Origin: Candidatus Methanophagales archaeon
Lineage (GTDB): Archaea > Halobacteriota > Syntropharchaeia > Alkanophagales > Methanospirareceae
Reading direction: 5' to 3'
Length of the DNA: 59,395 bases
Assembly: GCA_014859735.1 (NCBI GenBank)
Contig: JACUTR010000001.1
Span: forward strand, 1-59,395
Numbering within the stretch: position 1 is the stretch's first letter; every line of letters starts with the position of its first letter. The position numbers and the translations under genes are program-made. The notes under the pieces were generated by a model, which was not told the DNA's origin, made no database searches, and was given only the letters and a program-made list of their open reading frames with translations. Below are positions 1-9,141 of this stretch, one piece after another.

Positions 1-366
1 GATGCCGGCGTGTATCATACCGAACGTGGATATTCGGAGTTAGAGCTGCATAAGGAGGGCGATTTGAGAACAGAGTTAGCAGATGCCTGCTTAAGCCAGA
101 TGTTCGTTGCTCACGCGCCCGTATCATTCGTGATCGCCGCTGAATATGAACGGACAACGCGAAGATATGGAGACCGCGGTGTCCGATACGTGCTTATAGA
201 GGTGGGGCATGCATCGCAAAACGTCTATTTAGAGTGCGAAGCGTTGGGTCTGGCGACCGTCGCCATCGGTGCGTTTTATGATGAGGCAGTTGCACGGGTC
301 TTGGATCTCCCGAGGCAGCAGAGGCCACTCTATCTGATGCCGGTGGGTGTGAGTGCAGAAAAATGA
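1..366 (+). CDS. SagB/ThcOx-family nitroreductase/dehydrogenase (5' partial)
   Basis: Frame is open from position 1. Motifs RYGDRGVRYVLIEVGHASQNVYL and GLATVAIGAFYD are typical of SagB-type nitroreductases. Confidence 0.85.
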   Translation, partial: DAGVYHTERGYSELELHKEGDLRTELADACLSQMFVAHAPVSFVIAAEYERTTRRYGDRGVRYVLIEVGHASQNVYLECEALGLATVAIGAFYDEAVARVLDLPRQQRPLYLMPVGVSAEK

Positions 367-396
367 ATTCACGCATTGATTAACACCTGAACGCAT

Positions 397-533
397 GTGG
401 GGCTCTGCCCCATCACGGGCTCCGCCCGTGCCTCCGCAAACCTTTTCTTAGTAAGAAAAGGTTTATCAAAAGAATATATCTTTCTTAATAAACGTTCTTT
501 CTTTAGAAAGAAAAGGTTTACTGTAAGGGCTTA
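397..533. repeat. GC-rich palindromic repeat, copy A, interrupted by an AT-rich repeat (~443-520)
   Basis: gtggggctctgccccatcacgggctccgcccgtgcctccgcaa...ctgtaagggctta matches the copy at 53897-53976. Confidence 0.85.
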
Positions 534-1058
534 TGCCCATTCAGTCACCTCGCACCTGTTCCTAATGACCTTTTTGGTGGGGTAGATCTCTTCAATAATC
601 TCGTCCGGATCGAACCAGAGATAGATCTCTTTTTTCGCGGATTCTTCGGAGTCCGAGCAGTGGATGACGTTCTCCATGATGCCCTTTTTGTTAATCCTGC
701 CGTATGCTCCGCGGATGGATATCGGGTCTGCTTCGAGCGGATTCGTTGCACCGGCGATCCTTCGCACTTTCGAGATCGCGTCCTCCCCTTTGTACACAAA
801 CGCAAGTACGCGTTCATATTCCGGGCCATAGGTTTTACCGGAAAAGTATTCATAAAGGTCATTAAAAAACGGTTCGTCTTTTAAATGCTCGTAATGCTGC
901 TCCGCAAGTTCCCGAGATACCTTGACAACCTTTGCACCAATGATCCTCAGGCGTGCTTCTGAAAGGCGGGTGAGGATGTTCCCGGTCAATGATTTCACCA
1001 GTGCGTCTGGCTTCAGAATAATCAGGGTGTATTGATGTCCCTTTGTTGCTTCGGTCAT
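531..1058 (-). CDS. ndk: Nucleoside diphosphate kinase
   Basis: TLIILKPDA, GATNP..A...SIRG and NVIHCSDS (catalytic His). Confidence 0.95.
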   Translation of the reverse strand: MTEATKGHQYTLIILKPDALVKSLTGNILTRLSEARLRIIGAKVVKVSRELAEQHYEHLKDEPFFNDLYEYFSGKTYGPEYERVLAFVYKGEDAISKVRRIAGATNPLEADPISIRGAYGRINKKGIMENVIHCSDSEESAKKEIYLWFDPDEIIEEIYPTKKVIRNRCEVTEWA

Positions 1059-1194
1059 TGCTTGTACACCTCTCTAGTTACCTTCTCAAGAGGATTATTC
1101 AGTATACGTAAATATAAAATCACCTACCTGATCGAAGGTGGAAACGTAATCACCGTGGCGAGTGGCATAGACGTGCAGCGAAATGTAAGACCCG

Positions 1195-2484
1195 TCACGT
1201 CAACAACGTCACCAAAAACTTCACATAATCCTTTAAATCCTGGATTCTAACGTTCTCATCAGGCCCGTGCGCGTTGCTCTCGATCGATCTGCCAACACCA
1301 AACGCACAAACTGGCTGCTTCGTCCTTTGAACGGCATACGCAACATCTAACCCCCCTTGCACACCTATTGCCGCTTTAGAAACGCCAAAAGCAGCAGATG
1401 CTGCAGCCTGTACCCGTCTTACCCATTCGTTATCCGGATCGGTAAGCATAGGCGGATAGCCAGGTTTACAATACAGGTCTAAGTCTATTCCCTGCGTTGT
1501 TTTTATGGCTTCCACTGCATCTTCAAACTCTTGTATCACTTCCTCAACTGCTTCCTCGGATAGATAGCGCCGGTCGCCCCGCAGGGTGCAACTCGGTGGT
1601 ATAAGATTCTCCTTCACACCACCATTTATCATCGTAACGTTAAAGACCGGCTTTATATGCCTCTGCCCTGTTAGTTCCCTGATCTCAGGACTGCAGGGTA
1701 CTTTCGATGCCCTCTGCTCAATCTCCTTCTTCAGCTCAGCTAACTCCCGAATCACGAGCACTGCCTTTTCGATCGCATTCACCCCCAAAAAGGGCAGAGA
1801 ACTATGGCATGACTTGCCATATACCTTTATCTCCCAGTTCATCACCCCATTCGTCGCTACAATTATACCCTCGTTATCGCCATCCATACAGAGTAGATAA
1901 CCGCCCTGGAGGAGTCCATCATCGGCAAAGAAGCACAATCCGGAGTAGAGTCCGATCTCTTCATCCGTGGTTAACGCAACCCGAATGTTATAGGTGCTCT
2001 CTAATCCCAGCTCATCCATAATGCGTAATGCAGTTACAAGTGATGCGACGCTTCCTTTCGAATCCGCTACACCACGCCCATATATCCTCTCATCGCTCAT
2101 CACCGGCTCAAAGGGAGCGGTACTCCACCCTTCTCCTGCTGGAACCACATCTAAATGCGTGTATATCACGATACTCTCCTCTGCGCCGAAATCCTTGGTG
2201 GCGAGGAGGTTCACTCTCTCACCTCGTAACTCCTCTCTCTTCTGTCGTGCTTCATATACCTTTTCCGGTATCGTTATCCGTTCGCATCCAAACCCAAGAT
2301 CCTCGAATACCGGGATGAGCACCTCAACTATCTTCCCATAATGCTCGCCGGGGGGAACAAATGTAGGTATTCTGACCAATCCCTTGAGACAATCTATCAG
2401 ATACCTCTCTGTTTCTCCTCGCTCCACTGTTTCTTCCAGATCCTCTTTTATTCCTTCTTCCATCTTTCCCTTTTTGCCGCTCAT
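1195..2484 (-). CDS. M20 family metallopeptidase / ArgE-DapE-like deacylase
   Basis: HLDVVP, IYGRGVADSKG, DEE and AHGPDENV motifs. Confidence 0.9.
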   Translation of the reverse strand: MSGKKGKMEEGIKEDLEETVERGETERYLIDCLKGLVRIPTFVPPGEHYGKIVEVLIPVFEDLGFGCERITIPEKVYEARQKREELRGERVNLLATKDFGAEESIVIYTHLDVVPAGEGWSTAPFEPVMSDERIYGRGVADSKGSVASLVTALRIMDELGLESTYNIRVALTTDEEIGLYSGLCFFADDGLLQGGYLLCMDGDNEGIIVATNGVMNWEIKVYGKSCHSSLPFLGVNAIEKAVLVIRELAELKKEIEQRASKVPCSPEIRELTGQRHIKPVFNVTMINGGVKENLIPPSCTLRGDRRYLSEEAVEEVIQEFEDAVEAIKTTQGIDLDLYCKPGYPPMLTDPDNEWVRRVQAAASAAFGVSKAAIGVQGGLDVAYAVQRTKQPVCAFGVGRSIESNAHGPDENVRIQDLKDYVKFLVTLLT

Positions 2485-2547
2485 ACTCTACACAAAATCT
2501 TAAATACGCAGACAAAAATAGTAAAGCGGGGGTGAGACGATTAATTA

Positions 2548-3228
2548 ATGCACGAGAAATTTAGCTGCATGGTGGTTGATTGGGACTATGCATACGACCT
2601 CTGCAAGGATGTAGATGAGGAGATAAAGGCCGCGGGGTTTCAGCCTGAGGTTATAATAGGAGTAGCGCGAGGGGGCTGGTTTCTAGCTCGAGTGCTCTGT
2701 GATTTCTTCCTGCTTAAAGAGTTGCTCAGTTTGAAGATGGAACACTGGGGGCTAACAGCTACGATTACTGGTGATGCGCAGATGAAATACGGGCTTGATG
2801 AGGAAGCTAAGAGAAGACTGAAAGAGAAGAAAGTACTGATAACAGATGACGTGACTGATACCGGGGAGAGCATAAATCTTGTAGTTAAGTATGTTAAATC
2901 ACTGGGAGTAAAGGATGTAAAAACAGCGACCATGCATCATAAAACGTCTTCCTCATTCATTCCTGATTTCTATGGCGAGCTTATACGAGAATGGAAATGG
3001 GTGATCTATCCCTGGAGCATCCATGAAGACGTGATGGAATTGGCCGGAAAGGTACTCGATAAAAGAGCGAAATCGATGAGTTTGGTTGAAATTCGGACTA
3101 ATCTGAAGGAGGAGTTTGACTTTTACGTGCCCTATAACCTGCTCAAGGAAGTAGTGGAGAATATGGCATTCCACGGTAAAATAAGAAGCAAAGAGGAAGG
3201 GGGGAAGGAGGTGTGGCTACCGTGCTAG
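2548..3228 (+). CDS. Type I phosphoribosyltransferase (purine salvage-like)
   Basis: IIGVARGG, VLITDDVTDTGES PRPP-binding loop, WVIYPW. Confidence 0.9.
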   Translation: MHEKFSCMVVDWDYAYDLCKDVDEEIKAAGFQPEVIIGVARGGWFLARVLCDFFLLKELLSLKMEHWGLTATITGDAQMKYGLDEEAKRRLKEKKVLITDDVTDTGESINLVVKYVKSLGVKDVKTATMHHKTSSSFIPDFYGELIREWKWVIYPWSIHEDVMELAGKVLDKRAKSMSLVEIRTNLKEEFDFYVPYNLLKEVVENMAFHGKIRSKEEGGKEVWLPC

Positions 3229-3251
3229 AGCTTCGATCTGTGCGGAAAGAA

Positions 3252-4214
3252 TTATACCGTCTCTATCCCAAAAGACTCCAGTAACACCTCGGGATTTATC
3301 TCACCACTGGTAAACGTTTTACCACTGGTCAAATCGTTCACGGTAATCTCCGCCGGAGCGAACATCGCAGCATCTACTTTGAAGAAGTCGAACCCAGCGT
3401 TCTTAAAGGTGACGTAGAATGGCTGTCCATAATCACGTGAGTTCCGTGAGGGCACTTTCTGTACATAGCCTTTCAATTCCTCTACCTTCTCGTACTCCAC
3501 CGCATAATACACGCGACCACAGTAGATAATGCAATCATTGGTCGAACCCATACATCTCACATCATCACCAACGAGTGGTGAGATCGGTACGATCCCATGA
3601 GCATGTTTTATGCTGTTTATATCAAACCCTAACGTTTCGAGCTTGTGAATCCCGGTTTCCACGACCCGCGCAGATATTTGCACCGTGCCCGCAACGGAGG
3701 CCGTCGGCACCACCACGATGTAGAGGTCCTCGGGTTCCACCCGGCAGGCCTTTGCAATCTCCGCTGTCACTTCCTCGTCAGGTATCGTGCTGCTTTCTAA
3801 GACCAATACCGCCTCATCCGCATCGTCCGTATACATGATCTTCTCATAGAGTTCGCGGGGATTGAGCGAAAGCGCCCTTGCGGGTCCCGACCCCATGCCG
3901 AAGAATTTCTTCACCTTTATCCGCCATCCCGCAAATTGCGATGCCATGCAGGCGAGTATAGGATGGTCTGTGGTAACTTCTATTGCCGGTACGGCGAGTT
4001 TACCAAGGTTAAAACTGCTGAATGTAAGATCCGCAAGATCAGCCATACATATTCTCGCGACGTATAACCCCGCTTCAAATCCCCCCTCTTCTTCCACACC
4101 TGCATCTATTATCGTTGTCCCATTATCCAACTCCTCGATACCCACATTCAACTCATCTGCATTGTCCATCATCTCTTCAAATACGTCCAATCCATACTCA
4201 TTCACGCTTATCAT
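3252..4214 (-). CDS. mch: Methenyltetrahydromethanopterin cyclohydrolase
   Basis: MISVNE start, [25 protein letters not shown] and NDCIIYCG. Start taken at the internal ATG (the ORF track begins at 4250). Confidence 0.97.
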   Translation of the reverse strand: MISVNEYGLDVFEEMMDNADELNVGIEELDNGTTIIDAGVEEEGGFEAGLYVARICMADLADLTFSSFNLGKLAVPAIEVTTDHPILACMASQFAGWRIKVKKFFGMGSGPARALSLNPRELYEKIMYTDDADEAVLVLESSTIPDEEVTAEIAKACRVEPEDLYIVVVPTASVAGTVQISARVVETGIHKLETLGFDINSIKHAHGIVPISPLVGDDVRCMGSTNDCIIYCGRVYYAVEYEKVEELKGYVQKVPSRNSRDYGQPFYVTFKNAGFDFFKVDAAMFAPAEITVNDLTSGKTFTSGEINPEVLLESFGIETV

Positions 4215-4281
4215 CATTCTAGCCACCCTTCCTATACCAAAGCCATTCACCTATTTATAAGAATAGGATTTTTTTTGAGTT

Positions 4282-4848
4282 ATGAATGAGTATAAAACAG
4301 TCCTGGTTGAGCCCAGAGTACGCGTTAAAATGCTGGAAGAGTTAGTTTTCCCCTCTATCTTCCGGTCATCATGGCACGAGGAAGAAAAAATTCGGGCTCT
4401 GTTTCGGCATAAACTCAGGGTGGCGGAAAGTATAAAAGGAATCAGGGATGCAGAAGAGCGGGAAGAACTATGCACTGCCCTGAACGCACTTTACTCCTAT
4501 TACCTAGCCCTTATCGGGTGCTCCTCGTCTGAAGTAGAAAGAGGGGAAAGCGCGGTTAAGGAAGAATTTAAAAGGATCGAAATAGAGGTTAAGGCCTCTA
4601 TACCCGCTCAGAGTGAATCCGCAGAAGAAGTGACAGCTTCCGTGAGATGGATAAAAGCTCGTTTAGGAATGGTATGGGCTCAACTCGTGAAGAACGCATC
4701 TATGCATCAATCCTTCACCGAGGACGAATTGGATACATTCAAGAAGGATTTAAATCGTATAGAACTGAAATTGTCTGAGCAACCCAATTCTCAGGTTAAA
4801 GTAGAGATAGGTGAGGAGATAGAACGACTAAGAGAACTCCTGTTATAG
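4282..4848 (+). CDS. Hypothetical helical protein
   Basis: 188-aa ATG ORF divergent from mch with genome-like codon usage. No recognised motif. Confidence 0.6.
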   Translation: MNEYKTVLVEPRVRVKMLEELVFPSIFRSSWHEEEKIRALFRHKLRVAESIKGIRDAEEREELCTALNALYSYYLALIGCSSSEVERGESAVKEEFKRIEIEVKASIPAQSESAEEVTASVRWIKARLGMVWAQLVKNASMHQSFTEDELDTFKKDLNRIELKLSEQPNSQVKVEIGEEIERLRELLL

Positions 4849-4872
4849 GAGATAGAACGACTAAGAGAACTC
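4814..4872 (+). repeat. 26-bp direct repeat (period 33 bp)
   Basis: aggagatagaacgactaagagaactc at 4814-4839 and 4847-4872. Confidence 0.95.
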
Positions 4873-4880
4873 TTACGATT

Positions 4881-5013
4881 GCCCGCCACAGATCCCCTCT
4901 TCCGGGACCCACCTACAACAGCCGGTATGGAGCCGACTGTTGTTTACGGTCACCCCAGAAGCGACACCCTTGTAGCGGCTTCCCTCCTACCAACAACCTC
5001 AGTAGGGCTTTCA
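4881..5013 (-). ncRNA. Candidate structured RNA (5' hairpin plus four-way junction)
   Basis: Five stems whose imperfect pairs are all G-U on the minus strand. No family recognised. Confidence 0.45.
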
Positions 5014-5351
5014 TATTTGCACCACAATCGAATTTTTTTTATCTTGTAGGTAGGTTTGGGGGCTTCTACAAGAAGTTTAGGTTTTTGAAAGTGTGGTTAT
5101 TTTAACTACACCAAAGGGGCAGTAGAAAGAGGAGAAGGATATAATAAGCTCTCCCTTATCAACTTTATCCATACCGATTATCTCTTGCATAAAGGGAAAA
5201 AATATTATATATTTTGAAAAAGCTTTTAAGTTAATTTATCCAATTTATTTATCCCCGAAAGAGGTAAAAAGATGGGTGGAAAAGGAGGTGAAATTATGGA
5301 GGATGACAAAAAGGGTACAAGAATGAGGGCACTAAAAGAAAGGTAGATAGC

Positions 5352-6005
5352 ATGGCAATAGATACTGATTTGCATGCAGGGGTAGCAATTTTTTTTAAAT
5401 TAGACATCAATCCAAATATTCAAATGGAAATTCTCAGTAAGGGAGGATTTAAGGCGGCAACTCAAAGAATAATAACGAGGGAAATAGCCCCTGGAATGGC
5501 TATCGGTCCTTCCTTTGTACCAATTGCAGAAACTGAAAATGCAACAATAGAGTACAATGGTGAAAGATATTTACTTCGGTTGGCGACAAGTTTAAATAAA
5601 ATTCATAAGGTAAGTGAAAAAGTATCCTCAGCATTTGAAAAAAGCGGATATCCTTTTTCAGAGATGGTAAGATATTGTGAATTCAATTTTCCAGACCAAT
5701 CTTTAGAAATCCCGGACCTAATTAATAAGATAAGATCAATGATAACTGTTCACACTGCTGGGGTACTATCTTCTATATTTGGTGTTGAATTAGAGCCTTA
5801 TTCATTTTCGCTTAGCTATCCAGAGACTCCTTTGACTGACCAATGGATGCATGTCACCTTTACTCCAGAATCGAACAATCCGGAAAATAGAGTTATCTTG
5901 AAAATCACAAAAAGAACGCCAACATACGATGAAATGCTAGATTTTCTTTTGGATATAGAAAGCAAGATAGAGAATATCAAGGATCTATTTAAGGAGAAGA
6001 TATAA
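5352..6005 (+). CDS. Hypothetical protein (AT-rich island gene 1)
   Basis: 217-aa ORF, first of three tightly coupled ORFs. Confidence 0.75.
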   Translation: MAIDTDLHAGVAIFFKLDINPNIQMEILSKGGFKAATQRIITREIAPGMAIGPSFVPIAETENATIEYNGERYLLRLATSLNKIHKVSEKVSSAFEKSGYPFSEMVRYCEFNFPDQSLEIPDLINKIRSMITVHTAGVLSSIFGVELEPYSFSLSYPETPLTDQWMHVTFTPESNNPENRVILKITKRTPTYDEMLDFLLDIESKIENIKDLFKEKI

Positions 6006-6008
6006 AAA

Positions 6009-6476
6009 ATGGCCCAAACCCCTAGTTCATATTCTAGGAGAACCCAAAACCCTATTTCATATCCTGTCGCAGAGGGAGAAGAGAGGTCATCTGATAGTAC
6101 TACCACTATAGGGATAGTAACTGGAATACGCCAAGATATAGATATTTCACGAATTTTATATCCCTTTGCAGAGATAGTGCGAGAAGAAATAAGATCAATG
6201 GAGGAAAGAATGATTGAAAGAATTGATTATAGAATTTATTATAGGATTAATGAACTCAAAAGGCAAAACATTGAAGAAGAGGGGGCTACTGAAAAGGTGA
6301 TTATGCTGAGGTCTATATCAAGAGAGCAAGCAAAAGAAGAGATTATGGCATTGCTTGATGAATCAGATAAACTGTATTACAGCGATATAGCCGAAGCGTT
6401 AAGATTGGATTTAGAACTTGTCGTAGAGATCATACAAGAATTAGAGGCAGAAGGGAAAGTAGGGGAAGCTGAATAA
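6009..6476 (+). CDS. Hypothetical protein with C-terminal winged HTH
   Basis: LYYSDIAEALRLDLELVVEIIQELEAEGKV resembles a wHTH. Starts 3 bp after the previous gene. Confidence 0.75.
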   Translation: MAQTPSSYSRRTQNPISYPVAEGEERSSDSTTTIGIVTGIRQDIDISRILYPFAEIVREEIRSMEERMIERIDYRIYYRINELKRQNIEEEGATEKVIMLRSISREQAKEEIMALLDESDKLYYSDIAEALRLDLELVVEIIQELEAEGKVGEAE

Positions 6477-6679
6477 TGCCTGAAACACTTTTTGCGAAGG
6501 GAGATGGTATAAAAGGAGATAAAATAACGGTACAATGTCGGGAACATCATTTTAGTGGACGACCGATCAAAGGAACAAGTAGAGATAAATTACAACGTGG
6601 TAGTTTAGAGGGTACGGTTTATTGTATCGTTGATAAGCCTTTAAAGAGTCTAAGGAAAAGCGTACAACATATTGATTGA
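6476..6679 (+). CDS. Small hypothetical protein (possibly truncated)
   Basis: ATG overlaps the upstream stop (TAATG); 67 aa. Confidence 0.5.
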   Translation: MPETLFAKGDGIKGDKITVQCREHHFSGRPIKGTSRDKLQRGSLEGTVYCIVDKPLKSLRKSVQHID

Positions 6680-6852
6680 CAAAATATAATATCTAAATTG
6701 AAGAGCGTGTGAAGGACAATGTTTCAATATGTTTCATCCCAAAAGGTTTTTGTAATTAGCTCTTAATTGCGGTATAAGAGGCGCGAAAAAGCGGATATGA
6801 AAGGAAGGAGTTAGAAATATAAAACAAATTGTTGACAATTAATTAACTCTTG

Positions 6853-8079
6853 TTATCTGAGTAGTATTACCCTCTTTCTCCTCCTCTCCCGCTCCCATTC
6901 CTCCATCCTTTCGGTAAGAACATCCTGGTCTACAAAAGCGAAATCTTCTTCAGCTTCTTTTAAGAGCACAGGTATTTCATCAGTGGAAAAAGCGGGTATC
7001 CCCAATTCAGAAAACCGTGCAGCCGCGAAATGCGATAACTCTTTACCATATATTACGGCAACGACACCTTTTCTCGCTAATAGGTCCACGGTGCTTGCTC
7101 CCCCGCCGCTGCCATCCTCAAGGAATACGATGTCACCTTTTTCAAGACCATATCTCCTATCAATCTTCACGATTGCATCCTGACTGAACGATGGTATCAT
7201 TTTTATCCGTATTCCACCTTTCACCTCTTTTCTCCCTTTTAATCCTTCAATGATCTCCACGAGCTCAGCATTCCCCTTCTCTCTCGCTCTTACTTCCTCT
7301 TTCAGTCTCTCTATCTCCGTGTCCCTCTTTCTAATCTCCTCTGCTTTTTTTAGCTCCTTCATGCTCTCTGTCCGCATAGCATCGAGTTTGCGCTTCAAAC
7401 TTCTTATTTCACCTTCCTTTTCCTGCACATCCGCCTTTAAAACGGTAGTAAGCTCCTCCAGCAGCTCTATTCTCTCCTCTTTCTCCTTCATCATCCCGCG
7501 TAATCTGAGCAGATCTTTGCTTTCACTCTCTTCACCCCCTCTCTTCTCGTCCTGCCCCTTCTCTTCCGTCCTCTTCCTCTTCTCCTCTTGAGCACTGATT
7601 AATCGGTTTATCGCAGCACTTATGGACATGCCTTTAACCACCAATGCTTTGACCTCTTCTACAGTCACTCCGGGCGGTGTCTTCTTCTGTACCTGCGAGA
7701 ATTTCTTCTTATATCGCTTGAATGCGCTGATACAGGCGGCTAATGCATCCCGCTCATGTACATTTTTATATTCGTAGCCTTCGCCTTTCGTCAGTGCAAT
7801 CTTCTCGTCCGTTGATAATGAGCCGTATAGTTCATGAACAAAGGAAGAGAACAAACCGCCTATCTTTTTTACCATTGAGGGGGTGGGAGTTACGTCAGAA
7901 GCGACGATCAAGGGTTTTCCACGCGATATGATCCGTGTTATCGTATCGGCGATCGAATAATTTTTTGAGCTGAAGACTTCTACCGGGGTTCCGTTAAGGT
8001 CGATTATGGCCACCCCTATCGTCGTGCCAGGATCAATGCCAACGATGGTGTAATTTCGCGTTGCGTGTGAATCTGCCAT
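6853..8079 (-). CDS. DUF460 domain protein (RNase H-like N-terminus plus coiled coil)
   Basis: IVGIDPGTT, VASDVTP, HERDALAA and DGSGGG motifs. Confidence 0.9.
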   Translation of the reverse strand: MADSHATRNYTIVGIDPGTTIGVAIIDLNGTPVEVFSSKNYSIADTITRIISRGKPLIVASDVTPTPSMVKKIGGLFSSFVHELYGSLSTDEKIALTKGEGYEYKNVHERDALAACISAFKRYKKKFSQVQKKTPPGVTVEEVKALVVKGMSISAAINRLISAQEEKRKRTEEKGQDEKRGGEESESKDLLRLRGMMKEKEERIELLEELTTVLKADVQEKEGEIRSLKRKLDAMRTESMKELKKAEEIRKRDTEIERLKEEVRAREKGNAELVEIIEGLKGRKEVKGGIRIKMIPSFSQDAIVKIDRRYGLEKGDIVFLEDGSGGGASTVDLLARKGVVAVIYGKELSHFAAARFSELGIPAFSTDEIPVLLKEAEEDFAFVDQDVLTERMEEWERERRRKRVILLR

Positions 8080-8168
8080 CTATTTATTTTTATCCTCCGT
8101 AGGCATATAAAATTATACATACCACTCAAGAGAAGTAGTGTTCAGAAAAAGGCGAGGAATAAATAAGA

Positions 8169-8345
8169 ATGAAGGTGGGAATAGTAGCAGATACCCATGA
8201 TAATCTCGATGCAATACGCAGAGCGGTGGAGATTTTTAACGACGAAGGCATCGAACTACTCATTCACGCCGGTGATTTTGTCGCACCATTTACCGAGCAG
8301 TCATTTAGAATGCTCAACGCTCCACTAGTAGGGATATTTGGCAAT
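8169..8345 (+). pseudogene. Truncated YfcE/MJ0936-family metallophosphoesterase
   Basis: DTHDN, HAGD and FGN motifs are present, then the sequence turns into repeat DNA. GNND and the later His motifs are missing; the ORF stops at 8432. Confidence 0.75.
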
Positions 8346-8421
8346 ACTACTCGATTTAGAAAAGGAAGAGGCGAGAATCGTGGAATTGTAAAAACCACGA
8401 GATTCCACGAGATTAACACTG

Positions 8422-8492
8422 AAACTTTTTAGGAACGTGTTTTATCAAAATCCAATTTCTTTGATCAAACTTTCTTTGTGAAAGAAGGGTTG
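8422..8492. repeat. AT-rich palindromic repeat
   Basis: 22-mer tttctttgatcaaactttcttt (8456-8477) is identical to 31465-31486. Confidence 0.75.
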
Positions 8493-8589
8493 TGCGTGAA
8501 AAAATAGCAAATTATTTATACTGGGAATTTAAAGTCATCTAAAGAAAGAAGGAAGAGGTAAACAATAGTGGATAAGGAGGTATACTCAA

Positions 8590-9141
8590 ATGGGAACATT
8601 GCTGGATGAAATAATTGAGTGGGGAGGCGGGGTTTTCGGCGAAGAACACATGGAAACGCTGATGCAGTGCGTGCAATGCGGTAAGTGTACAGGGGGTTGT
8701 CCATCAGGGAGAGTTACCGCGCTAAGGACAAGAAAGTTATTCCGGATGGCTCAGGAAGATATGCGCGAGGAGATTTTTAACGCTCCTGAACTGTGGTATT
8801 GCACGACTTGTTACACGTGCTATGAGCGATGTCCAAAAGGAGTAAAATGCACAGATATAATACGGGTGATAAGAAACCTGGCAGCTAAAGAGGGACATAT
8901 GTCAGTGCCCCACCGGAAGATCGGTGTTTATGCGCTGAAAACCGGTCATGGCGTGCCGATAGGTCCTGACCAGATGAAGATACGGGAAGCGCTCGGTCTC
9001 GATTCACAGCCACCAACCACGCAGAAATACAAAGAACAGTTGGAACAGGTACAAACAATATGCAGAGAGACCGGATTCGACGCACTGATTGATTTTGATT
9101 GGGATAAGATGGATCTTAAAGAAGCGGAGGCGAAGAAATGA
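8590..9141 (+). CDS. hdrC: CoB-CoM heterodisulfide reductase subunit C
   Basis: Two 4Fe-4S motifs, CVQCGKCTGGCP and CTTCYTCYERCP. Overlaps hdrB. Confidence 0.95.
   Translation: MGTLLDEIIEWGGGVFGEEHMETLMQCVQCGKCTGGCPSGRVTALRTRKLFRMAQEDMREEIFNAPELWYCTTCYTCYERCPKGVKCTDIIRVIRNLAAKEGHMSVPHRKIGVYALKTGHGVPIGPDQMKIREALGLDSQPPTTQKYKEQLEQVQTICRETGFDALIDFDWDKMDLKEAEAKK

Noticed and set aside
397..585. Short ORFs here and at 20465-20839, 53737-53982 and 31410-31601
   Set aside because: They are translations of repeat DNA or overlap real genes or tRNAs.
4814..4872. Possible CRISPR mini-array
   Set aside because: Only two repeats with a 7-bp spacer, and no cas genes.
4881..5013. 5S rRNA, SRP RNA, RNase P RNA or tRNA identity for the structured element
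   Set aside because: It lacks the conserved motifs (T-loop, SRP helix-8 AGCAG, GAGGAAAGUCC, 5S loop C).
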